From Betaproteobacteria bacterium UBA2592 (lineage in GTDB: Bacteria > Pseudomonadota > Gammaproteobacteria > Burkholderiales > Rhodocyclaceae), in contig DDKS01000067.1 of the NCBI GenBank assembly GCA_002340095.1, positions 831-64,830 of the forward strand: a stretch of 64,000 bases of DNA, read 5' to 3'. Shown here in pieces: positions 32,563 through 41,981 of this stretch. Below the pieces are notes generated by a model, which worked only from the letters and a program-made list of their open reading frames with translations, did not search any database and was not told the DNA's origin. The number at the start of each line of letters is the position of its first letter. The stretch's first letter is position 1. The position numbers and the translations under genes are program-made.

Positions 32563-34035
32563 TTACTCGAACCAATGGGCGCGGGCCTTGAGAATCAGCG
32601 CCTTGGCCTTTTCCTCGTCCATCCCGGTCATGTCGGTCAACTCATCCACAGCCAGTTCGGCCAGTTCGTCCCGCGTCCTGACGCCGTGCGTGGCGAGCCG
32701 GGTGGCCATGTCATGATCCATGCCCTCAAGCGTCAGCAGATCCTCGGCCACCTGCTCCAACTGCTCCTCAGCCACGATGGCTTCGGTCAGCAGGACATTG
32801 CGGGCACGGTTGCGCAATTCATTGACGATTTCCTCGTCCAGCCCCTCGATTTCGAGCATCTCGGCCAGGGGCACATAAGCCACTTCCTCGAGGGTGGAGA
32901 AGCCTTCCTCGATCAGCAGGTCGGCAAGCTCCTCGTCGATGTCCAGTTTTTCCATGAACAGCACACGGGTGGCAGCGGTTTCGGCTTCGAGCCGCTTGGC
33001 GGATTCATCCTGGGTCATCAGATTGATGGTCCAGCCGGTCAGCTCGGAAGCCAGGCGCACGTTCTGCCCGCTGCGACCGATGGCCACTGCCAGGTTGGCC
33101 TCGTCCACCACCACGTCCATGGCGTGCTTGTCCTCGTCCACCACGATGGAGACGACTTCGGCTGGCGCCAGGGCGCCAATCACATATTGAGCCGGATCCG
33201 CCGCCCAGAGGACGATGTCCACGTGCTCGCCACCCACCTCGTTGCGCACCGCCGTGACGCGGCTGCCCCGCATACCGACGCAGGTGCCGATGGGGTCTAC
33301 CCGGGGATCATTGGACTTGACGGCAATCTTGGCGCGCAGACCGGGGTCCCGGGCGCAGCCCTTGATTTCCATCAGCCCCTCCTCAATCTCGGGAACTTCC
33401 AGCTCGAACAGGCGGATGATGAATTCCGGTGCGGTGCGGGACAGGATGATCTGGGGGCCACGCCCCCCCCGGTCGATGCGCAGCAGGTAGGCCTTGACCC
33501 GGTCACCGACACGCAGGTTTTCCTTGGGAATCATCTGGTCCCGGGGCAGGATAGCTTCGATCTTGCCGGCCTCGACGATGGCATTGCCCCGCTCCATGCG
33601 CTTGATGGTGCCGGAGACGATGTGTTCCTTACGCTCCAGGAAATCACTGAGGATCTGCTCCCGCTCGGCATCGCGGATCTTCTGCATGATCACCTGCTTG
33701 GCGGCCTGGGCGCCGATGCGGCCGAAGTCGATGGGCTCCAGGGCTTCTTCCAGGTAATCGCCCACCTCCACGTCCGGATCATCCTTCCGGGCTTCGGACA
33801 GGGGCACCTGATTGGCTTCGTTCAGGTAATCGGCATCGGCCACCACCTGCCAGCGGCGAAAGGATTCATAACTCCCCGTGTTCCGGTCGATGCTCACCCA
33901 TACGTCAGCCTCGTCGTGGATACGCTTTTTGGTGGCCGAAGCCAGTGCGCTTTCCAGGGCGCCGAACACCACTTCCTTGGCCACGTTTTTTTCCCGGGCC
34001 AGGGCATCCACCAGCAACAACATTTCACGGCTCAT
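32563..34035 (-). CDS. nusA: Transcription termination/antitermination factor NusA
   Basis: [32 protein letters not shown]..., S1 and KH regions, and an acidic C-terminal repeat. Confidence 0.96.
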   Translation of the reverse strand: MSREMLLLVDALAREKNVAKEVVFGALESALASATKKRIHDEADVWVSIDRNTGSYESFRRWQVVADADYLNEANQVPLSEARKDDPDVEVGDYLEEALEPIDFGRIGAQAAKQVIMQKIRDAEREQILSDFLERKEHIVSGTIKRMERGNAIVEAGKIEAILPRDQMIPKENLRVGDRVKAYLLRIDRGGRGPQIILSRTAPEFIIRLFELEVPEIEEGLMEIKGCARDPGLRAKIAVKSNDPRVDPIGTCVGMRGSRVTAVRNEVGGEHVDIVLWAADPAQYVIGALAPAEVVSIVVDEDKHAMDVVVDEANLAVAIGRSGQNVRLASELTGWTINLMTQDESAKRLEAETAATRVLFMEKLDIDEELADLLIEEGFSTLEEVAYVPLAEMLEIEGLDEEIVNELRNRARNVLLTEAIVAEEQLEQVAEDLLTLEGMDHDMATRLATHGVRTRDELAELAVDELTDMTGMDEEKAKALILKARAHWFE

Positions 34036-34062
34036 CTTCTCAGACCTCCTAATCCGCCAGGC

Positions 34063-34503
34063 TCAACCGAAGTCGGGCACCAGACGCGCTTTCTCAATGT
34101 TTTCCAAATCCAGTTCCACCTCGCCCGAATCCAGGCGCAGAGCCACCTTGCCGTCACGCACCCCCAGGAGTTCGCCCTGAAAATTGCGCTGCCCGTTCAA
34201 GGGCAGGCGGATGCGCACCTGGATATCCTGTCCGGCAAAGCGTTCGAAATCCGCCGGCTTCTTCACCGGCCTGTCCAGCCCGGGCGACGACACTTCCAGA
34301 CGATCGTAATCCACGTCCTCCACTTCGAGGAGACGGGAAACCTGATGGGAAACGAGGGCGCAATCCTCCACATCGACCCCCCCTTCCTTGTCGGGCTTGT
34401 CGATGAAGATGCGGATGGTCCGCCCCTTGGGCGAGCGCTCCAGATCCACCAGCTCGTAACCGAGACCGCTGATCGTCTTTTCGAGTAGTGCGTGCAAATC
34501 CAT
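34063..34503 (-). CDS. rimP: Ribosome maturation factor RimP
   Basis: MDLHALLEKTISGLGYELVDLE...EVSSPGLDRPVKKPADFERFAG...IEKARLVPDF. Only the 3' 441 nt of the 889-aa track ORF is real. Confidence 0.9.
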   Translation of the reverse strand: MDLHALLEKTISGLGYELVDLERSPKGRTIRIFIDKPDKEGGVDVEDCALVSHQVSRLLEVEDVDYDRLEVSSPGLDRPVKKPADFERFAGQDIQVRIRLPLNGQRNFQGELLGVRDGKVALRLDSGEVELDLENIEKARLVPDFG

Positions 34504-34510
34504 GGCCAGA

Positions 34511-34536
34511 AAACAAAAAATGGGCGCGAAGCCCAT
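34511..34536 (-). terminator. Short hairpin + T-tract in the rimP-nusA-infB leader (possible attenuator)
   Basis: Minus strand reads ATGGGC-TTCGC-GCCCAT followed by TTTTTTGTTTT, ending 7 nt before the rimP ATG. The stem is only 6 bp. Confidence 0.35.
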
Positions 34537-34794
34537 CACGATATAACCGCCGCCAGAACGGCGGCCTGCTGAACAAACCCTGGAATTGTAACGGATTTTC
34601 CTGCCAAGGCCAAGTTCTTTTACGGCTGCCTCCACGTTCCAGCCCGCTCCGGGCCCGGAGCCAGGCAGACACGCCCGGCAGACACCCGGCTTCCGGACGC
34701 TGCCCGCACCGGGTCGGAAAGCCCCGAAAAACGGGACTACAATCGCACATCGAACGCCCCGGGAACAACCGGGCAGACGGGAACGGAACAAGCT

Positions 34795-36579
34795 ATGTGC
34801 GGCATTTGCGGAGAACTGCGTTTTGACAACCTGGCGGCGGACCTGACGGCCCTGGGCCGGATGATGGATGCCATGCAGCAGCGCGGCCCCGACCACGGCG
34901 GCAGTTTTTCCGACGGCCCCCTGGCCTTCGGCCACCGGCGCCTGGCCATCATCGACCTGTCGGAAAGCTCCGACCAGCCGATGCACGATGCGGAGCTGAA
35001 ACTGGCCCTGGTCTTCAACGGCACCCTCTACAACTACCGGGAGCTGCGCCAGGAACTCATCGGATTGGGCTACCGTTTCTTTTCCGACGGCGACACCGAG
35101 GTCATCCTCAAGGCCTACCACGCCTGGGGCGAGTCCTGCCTGGAACGGCTGAACGGCATGTTCGCCTTCGCCATCTGGGACCTGCACCAGCGTCGCCTGT
35201 TCCTGGCCCGGGACCGGTTCGGCATCAAGCCCCTCTACCTGACCCGCAACGGCCGCCGCCTGCGCTTCGCCTCCAGCCTGCCGGCACTGCTGGCCAGCGG
35301 CGGGGTGGATCGGGAACTGGACCCGGTGGGCCTGCAGTTCCAGTTCAGCCTGCACGGCTCGGTGCCCGCCCCCCACACGGTGCTCAAGGAAGTCCGGAAG
35401 CTGCCGCCCGCCACCTGTCTCACCCTCGACCTGCGCGGCAACGCCCGGGAGCGGCCCTACTGGCACCTGGAGGCCCGGCGGCCAAACCCTGCGCCGGGCG
35501 AGACGGAACAGCTCGATGGAATCCGGCAGAAGCTTCTGGCTGCCGTGGCGCGCCAGCACCTGGCCGCCGACGTCCCCGTGGGCGTGCTGCTTTCCGGCGG
35601 CGTGGACTCCAGCCTGCTGGTGGCCCTGCTGGCGGAACTGGGGCAGCGGGACATCCCGACTTTCTCGGTGGGCTTTCAGGAGCAACCCGAAGAAAAAGGG
35701 GACGAGTTCCTTTATTCCGACCTGGTGGCACGCCGTTTCGGTACCCGCCACCACCGCCACCTGATCCCCGACTCCGAAGTGCTGGAAAACCTGCCCGGCG
35801 CCATCGCCGCCATGGCCGAACCCATGTTCAGCCAGGACAACGTGGCCTTTTATCTGCTCGCCAGGGAGGTAAAGAAAGAAGTCAAAGCGGTGCTCTCCGG
35901 CCAAGGCGCGGACGAAGTGTTCGGCGGCTATTTCTGGTACCCGCTGATGCACGCCGAGCCCGAAAGCCAGCCGCCGCTGGAACGCTTCGCCCGCCACTAT
36001 CTCGACCGGCGCCATCCCGAATATCTGGAAATGATCGGCCCGGCCTACGCCACCGCCGACCACGCCAGCGCCCTGCTCACCGGCCGGCTCAGTGAACCCG
36101 GGGCCGACACCTTCCTGGACCAGGTGCTGCGCCTGGATGTCACCACCCTGATCGTGGACGACCCGGTCAAGCGGGTGGACAACATGACCATGGCCTGGGG
36201 CCTGGAGGCCCGGGTGCCCTTCCTCGACCAGGATCTGGTCCAGGCCGCGATGGCCCTGGCGCCGGAACTGCGCCTCAGGGAGGACGGCAAATACCCGCTC
36301 AAGTACATCGCCCGGGGACTGCTGCCGGACGAGATCATCGACCGGCCCAAGGGCTACTTCCCCACCCCGGCCCTCAAATACCTGCGCGGCGGCTTTCTCG
36401 AATTCATCCACGCCACCCTGAACTCCCGGACCTGCCGGGAGCGGGGCCTGTACCAGCGCGCCTATGTGGAGCGGCTGCTGGCCGAACCCCTGGGCCATTT
36501 CACCCCCATCCATGGCAACAAGCTCTGGCATCTGGCCGTGCTGGAAGCCTGGCTGCAGCAGCATGTGGACCGCCCCTGA
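34795..36579 (+). CDS. Glutamine-hydrolysing asparagine synthase family amidotransferase (NAGGN AsnO-type by resemblance)
   Basis: MCGICGELRF (N-terminal Cys nucleophile), GHRRLAIIDLS, FNGTLYNYRELR, DGDTEVIL, RFASSLPALL, PP-loop LLSGGVDSS. Confidence 0.85.
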   Translation: MCGICGELRFDNLAADLTALGRMMDAMQQRGPDHGGSFSDGPLAFGHRRLAIIDLSESSDQPMHDAELKLALVFNGTLYNYRELRQELIGLGYRFFSDGDTEVILKAYHAWGESCLERLNGMFAFAIWDLHQRRLFLARDRFGIKPLYLTRNGRRLRFASSLPALLASGGVDRELDPVGLQFQFSLHGSVPAPHTVLKEVRKLPPATCLTLDLRGNARERPYWHLEARRPNPAPGETEQLDGIRQKLLAAVARQHLAADVPVGVLLSGGVDSSLLVALLAELGQRDIPTFSVGFQEQPEEKGDEFLYSDLVARRFGTRHHRHLIPDSEVLENLPGAIAAMAEPMFSQDNVAFYLLAREVKKEVKAVLSGQGADEVFGGYFWYPLMHAEPESQPPLERFARHYLDRRHPEYLEMIGPAYATADHASALLTGRLSEPGADTFLDQVLRLDVTTLIVDDPVKRVDNMTMAWGLEARVPFLDQDLVQAAMALAPELRLREDGKYPLKYIARGLLPDEIIDRPKGYFPTPALKYLRGGFLEFIHATLNSRTCRERGLYQRAYVERLLAEPLGHFTPIHGNKLWHLAVLEAWLQQHVDRP

Positions 36580-36756
36580 GTCCCCCTGAGGCAGCTTCCC
36601 ACCGCGAGGGCAAGGGTCATGCGCCCCGGGCCGCAGTTGGCCCTCGGCCACGCCTCGGCCATCACCGGTGGGGCAGCCCGGGGCCGGAATGATGGCGAAA
36701 AACCGGGGGACGGCCTGTTTCGACGCCGCCAAGACATCCCCGGACAGGCCGCCGGT

Positions 36757-36960
36757 TCAGTAGTGGGGTGGCAGTTCGTCCCGCAGGCTCGAGGGGCGTA
36801 GGTCCTGGCCCGCACGCCTGACCTGCTCCCGCAGCAGGCGCACCTCCTCCTGCAGCAACTCGATCTGTTGCTGCTGGCGGTAGATGGTGCGGTTGAGCTC
36901 ATCGAGCAGATCCTGGGCGAAGCTGAACTTGATTTCCAGATCGGTGAGGCGATCTTCCAT
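36757..36960 (-). CDS. slyX: SlyX family protein
   Basis: MEDRLTDLEIKFSFAQDLLDELNRTIYRQQQQIELLQEEVRLLREQV, a 67-aa coiled coil typical of SlyX. Confidence 0.8.
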   Translation of the reverse strand: MEDRLTDLEIKFSFAQDLLDELNRTIYRQQQQIELLQEEVRLLREQVRRAGQDLRPSSLRDELPPHY

Positions 36961-37112
36961 GGCCTGACTCCTGAAGGGGAGCCGCCATGATACCCAAAGC
37001 CGTCCCGCCGCCTCCCTGTGCGATAATCGCCGCCCCCAGCCTGGCGGGGTGGCATCTGAACCTTTTGCCGCACTGCCGGTCTGCCTGATTCCATCCATAT
37101 CCCCGCTCCACC

Positions 37113-39020
37113 ATGCCGCTGCCCCGCCCTCTGGAACTGCTCGCTCCCGCCAAGAACGCCGATTACGGTATTGAAGCCATCCACCACGGGGCGGATGCCG
37201 TCTACATCGGCGGGCCGGCCTTCGGGGCCCGCGCCAACGCCGGCAACAGGGTGGCCGACATCGAGCGCCTGGCCCAGGAGGCCCACCGCTACCACGCCCG
37301 GGTGTTCGTGACGGTCAACACCATCCTGAAGGACGAGGAGCTGGAACCGGCCCGCAAGATCATCTGGCAACTGTACGAAGCCGGAGCGGACGCGGTGATC
37401 ATCCAGGACATGGGCCTGCTGGAACTGGACCTGCCGCCGATCCAGCTCCACGCCAGCACCCAGACCGACATCCGCACGGTGGAAAAAGCCCGCTTCCTGG
37501 ACCAGGTGGGCTTCTCCCAGATCGTGCTGGCCCGGGAACTGAACCTGATGCAGATCCAGCGCATCGCCGCCGCCACCGACTGCAACCTGGAATTCTTCGT
37601 CCACGGCGCCCTTTGCGTCGCCTACTCGGGCCAGTGCTACATCAGCCATGCCCACACGGGCCGCAGCGCCAACCGGGGTGAATGCTCCCAGGCCTGCCGC
37701 CTGCCCTACGACCTGGCCGACCAGCATGGCAACCTGGTGGCCCAGGGCAAGCACCTGCTCTCCATGAAGGACAACGACCAGAGCGCCAACCTGCTGGCCC
37801 TGGCGGATGCGGGCATCACCTCCTTCAAGATCGAGGGGCGGTTGAAGGACCTCTCCTATGTGAAGAACATCACCGCCCACTACCGCACCCTGGTAGACGG
37901 CATCCTGGAGGCACACCCGGAGCGCTACTGCCGGGCCTCTGCCGGGCGCTGCCGCTACACCTTCGTCCCTCAGCCGGAAAAGACCTTCAACCGGGGCGCC
38001 ACCGATTACTTCGTCAATGCCCGCAAGGCCGACATCGGTGCCTTCGACACCCCCGCCTTCTCTGGTGAAGCCTTGGGCCAGGTGAGCCAACTGGGAACGG
38101 ACTGGTTCGAAGTGGAAACCAAAGCCGAACTCCACAATGGCGACGGCCTCTCCTACTTCGACCCGGAACAGGAACTGGTGGGAGTGCGCATCAACACCGC
38201 CGAAAAGCGGGGTGGCAAGGGCAAGACCAGCCTCTGGCGCTGCAGCCCAAACGAAATGCCCACCGACCTGCAGGTGGGCACGACCCTGTACCGCAACCGG
38301 GACCAGAGCTTCGAACGCCTGCTGGAAAAGAAATCCGCCGACCGGCGCATCGGCGTGCACCTGCGCCTGGAAGAAACCCCCGAGGGCTTCGCCCTGCTGC
38401 TCACCGATGAAACGGGCATCACCGCCGCCGCCAGCATCGCCCAGGCCAAGGAGCCTGCCAAGGATGCCGAACGGGCGCTCTCCGGCCTGCGCGACAACCT
38501 GGCCAAGCTGGGCAACACCCTGTACCGGGCCGAGACCATCGACCTGGCGCTGAACCTGCCGCCGGACCAAGCCTGGTTCCTGCCCGCCAGCGTGGTCAAC
38601 GGCCTGCGCCGGGAAGCCGTGGAAGCCCTGGACGCCGCCCGGGCCGCCGCCTACCAGCGCCCCGAACGCAAGGCCCCAGCCGACAATCCGCCCCCCTACC
38701 CGGAATCCGCCCTTTCCTACCTGGGCAACGTCTACAACCAGAAGGCCCACGCCTTCTATCGCCGCCACGGGGTCTCCGTGATCGAGGCCGCCTACGAGGC
38801 CAACCAGGAAACCGGAGCGGTTTCCCTGATGATCACCAAGCACTGCCTGCGCTACAGCTTCAACCTCTGCCCCAAGGAAGTGAAGGGCATCCGCCCCGAC
38901 CCCATGACCCTGATCAACGGCAAGGAAAGACTCACTCTCACCTTCGACTGCAAGAAGTGCGAAATGCACGTGGTGGGCAAGCTGAAGAAGCCGCGCATCA
39001 TCCCCATCCAGGCCCGCTGA
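37113..39020 (+). CDS. Peptidase U32 family protein, long YdcP/RlhA-like form
   Basis: LELLAPAKNADYGIEAIHHGADAVYIGGPAFGARANA..., LHASTQTDIRTVEKARFL, FFVHGALCVAYSGQCYISHAHTGRSANRGECSQACRLPY (U32 signature). Confidence 0.85.
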   Translation: MPLPRPLELLAPAKNADYGIEAIHHGADAVYIGGPAFGARANAGNRVADIERLAQEAHRYHARVFVTVNTILKDEELEPARKIIWQLYEAGADAVIIQDMGLLELDLPPIQLHASTQTDIRTVEKARFLDQVGFSQIVLARELNLMQIQRIAAATDCNLEFFVHGALCVAYSGQCYISHAHTGRSANRGECSQACRLPYDLADQHGNLVAQGKHLLSMKDNDQSANLLALADAGITSFKIEGRLKDLSYVKNITAHYRTLVDGILEAHPERYCRASAGRCRYTFVPQPEKTFNRGATDYFVNARKADIGAFDTPAFSGEALGQVSQLGTDWFEVETKAELHNGDGLSYFDPEQELVGVRINTAEKRGGKGKTSLWRCSPNEMPTDLQVGTTLYRNRDQSFERLLEKKSADRRIGVHLRLEETPEGFALLLTDETGITAAASIAQAKEPAKDAERALSGLRDNLAKLGNTLYRAETIDLALNLPPDQAWFLPASVVNGLRREAVEALDAARAAAYQRPERKAPADNPPPYPESALSYLGNVYNQKAHAFYRRHGVSVIEAAYEANQETGAVSLMITKHCLRYSFNLCPKEVKGIRPDPMTLINGKERLTLTFDCKKCEMHVVGKLKKPRIIPIQAR

Positions 39021-39058
39021 CCCAGGCGGAGGAGCGGAAAGAACGCCTCAAAAAGACG

Positions 39059-39086
39059 TGGACAACGCCCGAAACTTTGCTAAAAT
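39059..39086 (+). promoter_or_regulatory. Sigma-70-type promoter for tRNA-Ser
   Basis: TGGACA, a 16-nt spacer, TAAAAT, then the GC-rich discriminator GCGCGCC. The tRNA starts 13 nt after the -10 element. Confidence 0.5.
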
Positions 39087-39098
39087 GCGCGCCTTCCC

Positions 39099-39189
<91 letters not shown>

Positions 39190-39193
39190 GGAT

Positions 39194-39232
39194 AAAACAT
39201 AAAGCCCTGATTTTTCAGGGCTTTATGTTTTT
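39194..39232 (+). terminator. Rho-independent terminator after tRNA-Ser
   Basis: A 16-17 bp stem AAACATAAAGCCCTGA-TTTT-TCAGGGCTTTATGTTT followed by TT. Confidence 0.85.
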
Positions 39233-39369
39233 GGACTGCGCTAACCTCCCGGCAGTTCACCACGATGGCGACGGCTGACACAGCGCTCGCCCCCCTGAAA
39301 GCCGTATGGGATGAAAGGGTGCGGCCAGGCCCCTTTTCCCCTCCCTTTGCAGGCGAAGCCGGAATCCGC

Positions 39370-40776
39370 CTATAACAGCCTTGCCAGCGCAAGCAGGGCT
39401 TTCTCCAGACGTGCATCCCAGACGCGGGCACAGGAAAGACGGACGAAGTTCCCGAATTTCCCGCTGACGGAAAAAAGGGTGCCAGGTGCAATGCTCACCC
39501 CCTGGCGCAGGGCGCGTCTGGCCAGATCGAATCCGTCCACGTGGTGCGGCAACTCCACCCAGAGCACAAACCCGCCCGCGGGTTGCGAGATGCGCGTTCC
39601 TTCCGGAAAGTATTTCATGACCGCATCACTCATGCGCGCCACGGCGCTTGCGTAGCGGCCACGCACTTCGCGCAGATAGCGATCGTAACGGCCATTTTCG
39701 AGAAGTTGCGCCGTGGCGAGTTGCGGCACGCTCGGGCTCGCGATGCTGGTGACGTATTTGAGGTACTCGATCCGCTCGCGACGTTGTTCTCCTGCAGCGA
39801 CCCAGCCAATGCGCAGGCCGGGCGACAGGGTTTTGGAGAACGAACTGCAGTAGAGGATGTCGGCCTGCGGCATGAGCCCCTTGCAAGTGGAGGGCCGGCG
39901 GTTTGCGAACCCCAGATCACCGTAGACATCATCCTCGATCAGGGTAACGCCGCGTTGCGTCAGAAGTTCGACCAAGGCGCGCTTGCTCGCATCCGACATG
40001 CAATAGCCAAGCGGGTTGCTGAAGTTCGGCACCACCACGCAGGCCTTGACCGGCCAACGGTCCAGTGCAAAGGCCAGCGCGTCAAGGGCGATACCCGTAC
40101 GCGGATGAGCGGGAATCTCCAGCACCTTGAGCTCCAGGGATTCCAGCACGTGCAGGAGGCCGTAAAAGGCCGGTGATTCAACGGCAACCACGTCATGGGG
40201 GCGAGTGCAGGCACGCAAGGCCAGACTCAGGGCCTCCTGGCAGCCGGTGGTGATGACGATGTCGTCGGCCGAAACGCAGCCTCCCGTCTGGCTCATACGT
40301 CGGGCAATCTGTTGCCGCAGTTCCGGCGCGCCAGGCGGCATCATGTAGGCAGCAGCACGACTACGCTCGGTACGTGCGACGCGGGCCAATGCACGGGCTA
40401 CCGCGTTGGTGGGCAGGTAAGCTGGGTCGGGCACTGCCGCACCGAGTTGCACGATCCCCGGGTTGCTGGCCGCCTTGATGAGCGCCATCGTCATCGACTG
40501 GCCTGTCACCGGACACGGTGGAGCGGTCACGCTCGAAGCCCCGGCTTCAATGGTTTGAATGGCTTTGCGTGTGCGCACATAGAAGCCCGAGCGTGAGCGC
40601 GCTTCGATGTAACCCTCGTCCTCCAGTTTCCGATAAGCCGCGACGACGGTCGCCACGCTCACGCCACGTTGCAAGGCATGACCCCGCAATCCCGGAAGGC
40701 GATCGCCGGGGCCATGTATCCCGGCTGCGATCTGCCCGGCAAGTTCGGCGGCAATCTGCTGGTAAAGCGTTTCCAT
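39370..40776 (-). CDS. MocR/PdxR-type GntR-family regulator with aminotransferase-like domain
   Basis: METLYQQIAAELAGQIAAGIHGPGDRLPGLRGHALQRGVSVATVVAAYRKLEDEGYI (wHTH), then a fold-type I aminotransferase domain: VVPNFSNPLG, SSFSKTLSPGLRIGW (PLP lysine). Confidence 0.87.
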   Translation of the reverse strand: METLYQQIAAELAGQIAAGIHGPGDRLPGLRGHALQRGVSVATVVAAYRKLEDEGYIEARSRSGFYVRTRKAIQTIEAGASSVTAPPCPVTGQSMTMALIKAASNPGIVQLGAAVPDPAYLPTNAVARALARVARTERSRAAAYMMPPGAPELRQQIARRMSQTGGCVSADDIVITTGCQEALSLALRACTRPHDVVAVESPAFYGLLHVLESLELKVLEIPAHPRTGIALDALAFALDRWPVKACVVVPNFSNPLGYCMSDASKRALVELLTQRGVTLIEDDVYGDLGFANRRPSTCKGLMPQADILYCSSFSKTLSPGLRIGWVAAGEQRRERIEYLKYVTSIASPSVPQLATAQLLENGRYDRYLREVRGRYASAVARMSDAVMKYFPEGTRISQPAGGFVLWVELPHHVDGFDLARRALRQGVSIAPGTLFSVSGKFGNFVRLSCARVWDARLEKALLALARLL

Positions 40777-40791
40777 GGGTGAATCCAGAAC

Positions 40792-40846
40792 AGTACAGAT
40801 CGGAGTTGAACGGATGAGTACAGATGCACGATCACGCCATCTGTAC
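40792..40846. promoter_or_regulatory. Candidate MocR operator: two direct and one inverted copy of GTACAGAT
   Basis: AGTACAGAT at 40792-40800 and 40817-40825 (25 nt apart). The inverted copy CATCTGTAC lies at 40838-40846 and forms a perfect 9-bp inverted repeat with 40818-40826. All sit in the mocR / SnoaL-operon divergent region. Confidence 0.4.
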
Positions 40847-40983
40847 CGCAACTATAAACAAATTCTGATTCTGTAGCGCTCCATCTCTGATCGATAGACT
40901 GCAAGTCATCCAAGGAAACCCTTCCTTCTGCCGCCAGAACCCGCATCGGGTTCTCGCCCCTTCCGCAACCACCAGGAGCCGAC

Positions 40984-41349
40984 ATGATGACCTCGTCCCC
41001 CCCGACCTCTCCCCGGGAATTTGCCCGGAGCTGGATCAACGCCTGGAATGCGCGTGACCTCGATGCGGTGCTCACGCATTTTTCCGAAGACTTCGAATTT
41101 TCCTCGCCCCATGTCGCCCGGGTCACCGGGGAGGCTTCCGGCAGGCTCAAGGGCAAAGCCGCGGTGCGCGCTTACTGGAATGCCGCACTGGCGGGGATTC
41201 CGGAGCTGCATTTCGAACTCGTCGATGTACTGAGCGGCATCCGTTGCATGGTCATCCTGTACCGGGGACATCAGGGCCTGTCGGCGGAAATGCTTGATCT
41301 GGACGAAAAAGGTCGTGCAGTGCGTGGCCAGGCGCTGTACATGATGTGA
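40984..41349 (+). CDS. SnoaL/NTF2-like fold protein
   Basis: REFARSWINAWNARDLDAVLTHFSEDFEFSSP...KAAVRAYW, the typical SnoaL-like opening. The start could be the second ATG at 40987. Confidence 0.7.
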   Translation: MMTSSPPTSPREFARSWINAWNARDLDAVLTHFSEDFEFSSPHVARVTGEASGRLKGKAAVRAYWNAALAGIPELHFELVDVLSGIRCMVILYRGHQGLSAEMLDLDEKGRAVRGQALYMM

Positions 41350-41362
41350 CCGGACCCATCGC

Positions 41363-41971
41363 ATGGCAGCAAGCGAATACAGACTCTGGCTGAGCGCGGT
41401 TGCAACGATCCTGACCAGCATCGCGTTCGTGCCCTACATCCTCTCGATCCTGCGTGGTCGGACACGACCCCATGTCTTCTCCTGGCTGATCTGGGGCATG
41501 AACACCGGCATGGCCTTTCTTGCCACCCTGCACGAGGGCGGCGGCGCACCTGGTTCCGCGGTCATCCTTCTCTCGGCCGCGGTGACGCTGTGCATTGCCT
41601 TGCTCGCTTACGTGAAATACCCGGACATGAGTGTCACGCGGACGGACCGGCTGTTTTTCACAACGGCCCTGGTCGCCATGCCCCTCTGGGCTGTGGCGGA
41701 TGACCCGCTCTGGGCGGTCTGGCTGATCACCTTGATCGAACTGCTCGGCTTCGGGCCAACCCTGCGCAAGACCTGGCAACAACCGTTCTCGGAATCGATG
41801 ACGTTTCTGGTGTTGCTGGCTGTGCGCAATGTTCTGGTGATTGCCGCGCTGGAGCGTCACACGATGACCACCGTGCTGTTTCCGGCCGCGATGACGATGG
41901 CGTGCCTCGGTCTCATTGCCGTCATGGTGTGGCGCAGGCCCCAGGCAACCCCCATCGTTCTGGATCGCTGA
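41363..41971 (+). CDS. Uncharacterised 6-7 TM membrane protein (possible PQ-loop-like internal duplication)
   Basis: Hydrophobic throughout. The two halves share a pattern: AFVPYILSILRGRTRPHVFSWLIWG versus LGFGPTLRKTWQQPFSESMTFLVLL. Lies 14 nt after the SnoaL gene and 11 nt before the LysE gene. Confidence 0.6.
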   Translation: MAASEYRLWLSAVATILTSIAFVPYILSILRGRTRPHVFSWLIWGMNTGMAFLATLHEGGGAPGSAVILLSAAVTLCIALLAYVKYPDMSVTRTDRLFFTTALVAMPLWAVADDPLWAVWLITLIELLGFGPTLRKTWQQPFSESMTFLVLLAVRNVLVIAALERHTMTTVLFPAAMTMACLGLIAVMVWRRPQATPIVLDR

Positions 41972-41981
41972 GGAGGCGTGC

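Noticed and set aside
34504-36732. The 5' 2.2 kb of the 889-aa minus-strand ORF 34063-36732
   Set aside because: Only the last 441 nt (rimP) has recognisable sequence. The remainder is antisense to the well-supported amidotransferase gene and reads as low-complexity Gly/Ala/Val/Gln.
36462-38969. An 835-aa minus-strand ORF
   Set aside because: Antisense to the U32 peptidase gene (clear family signature on the plus strand). No motifs, and shadow-frame composition.
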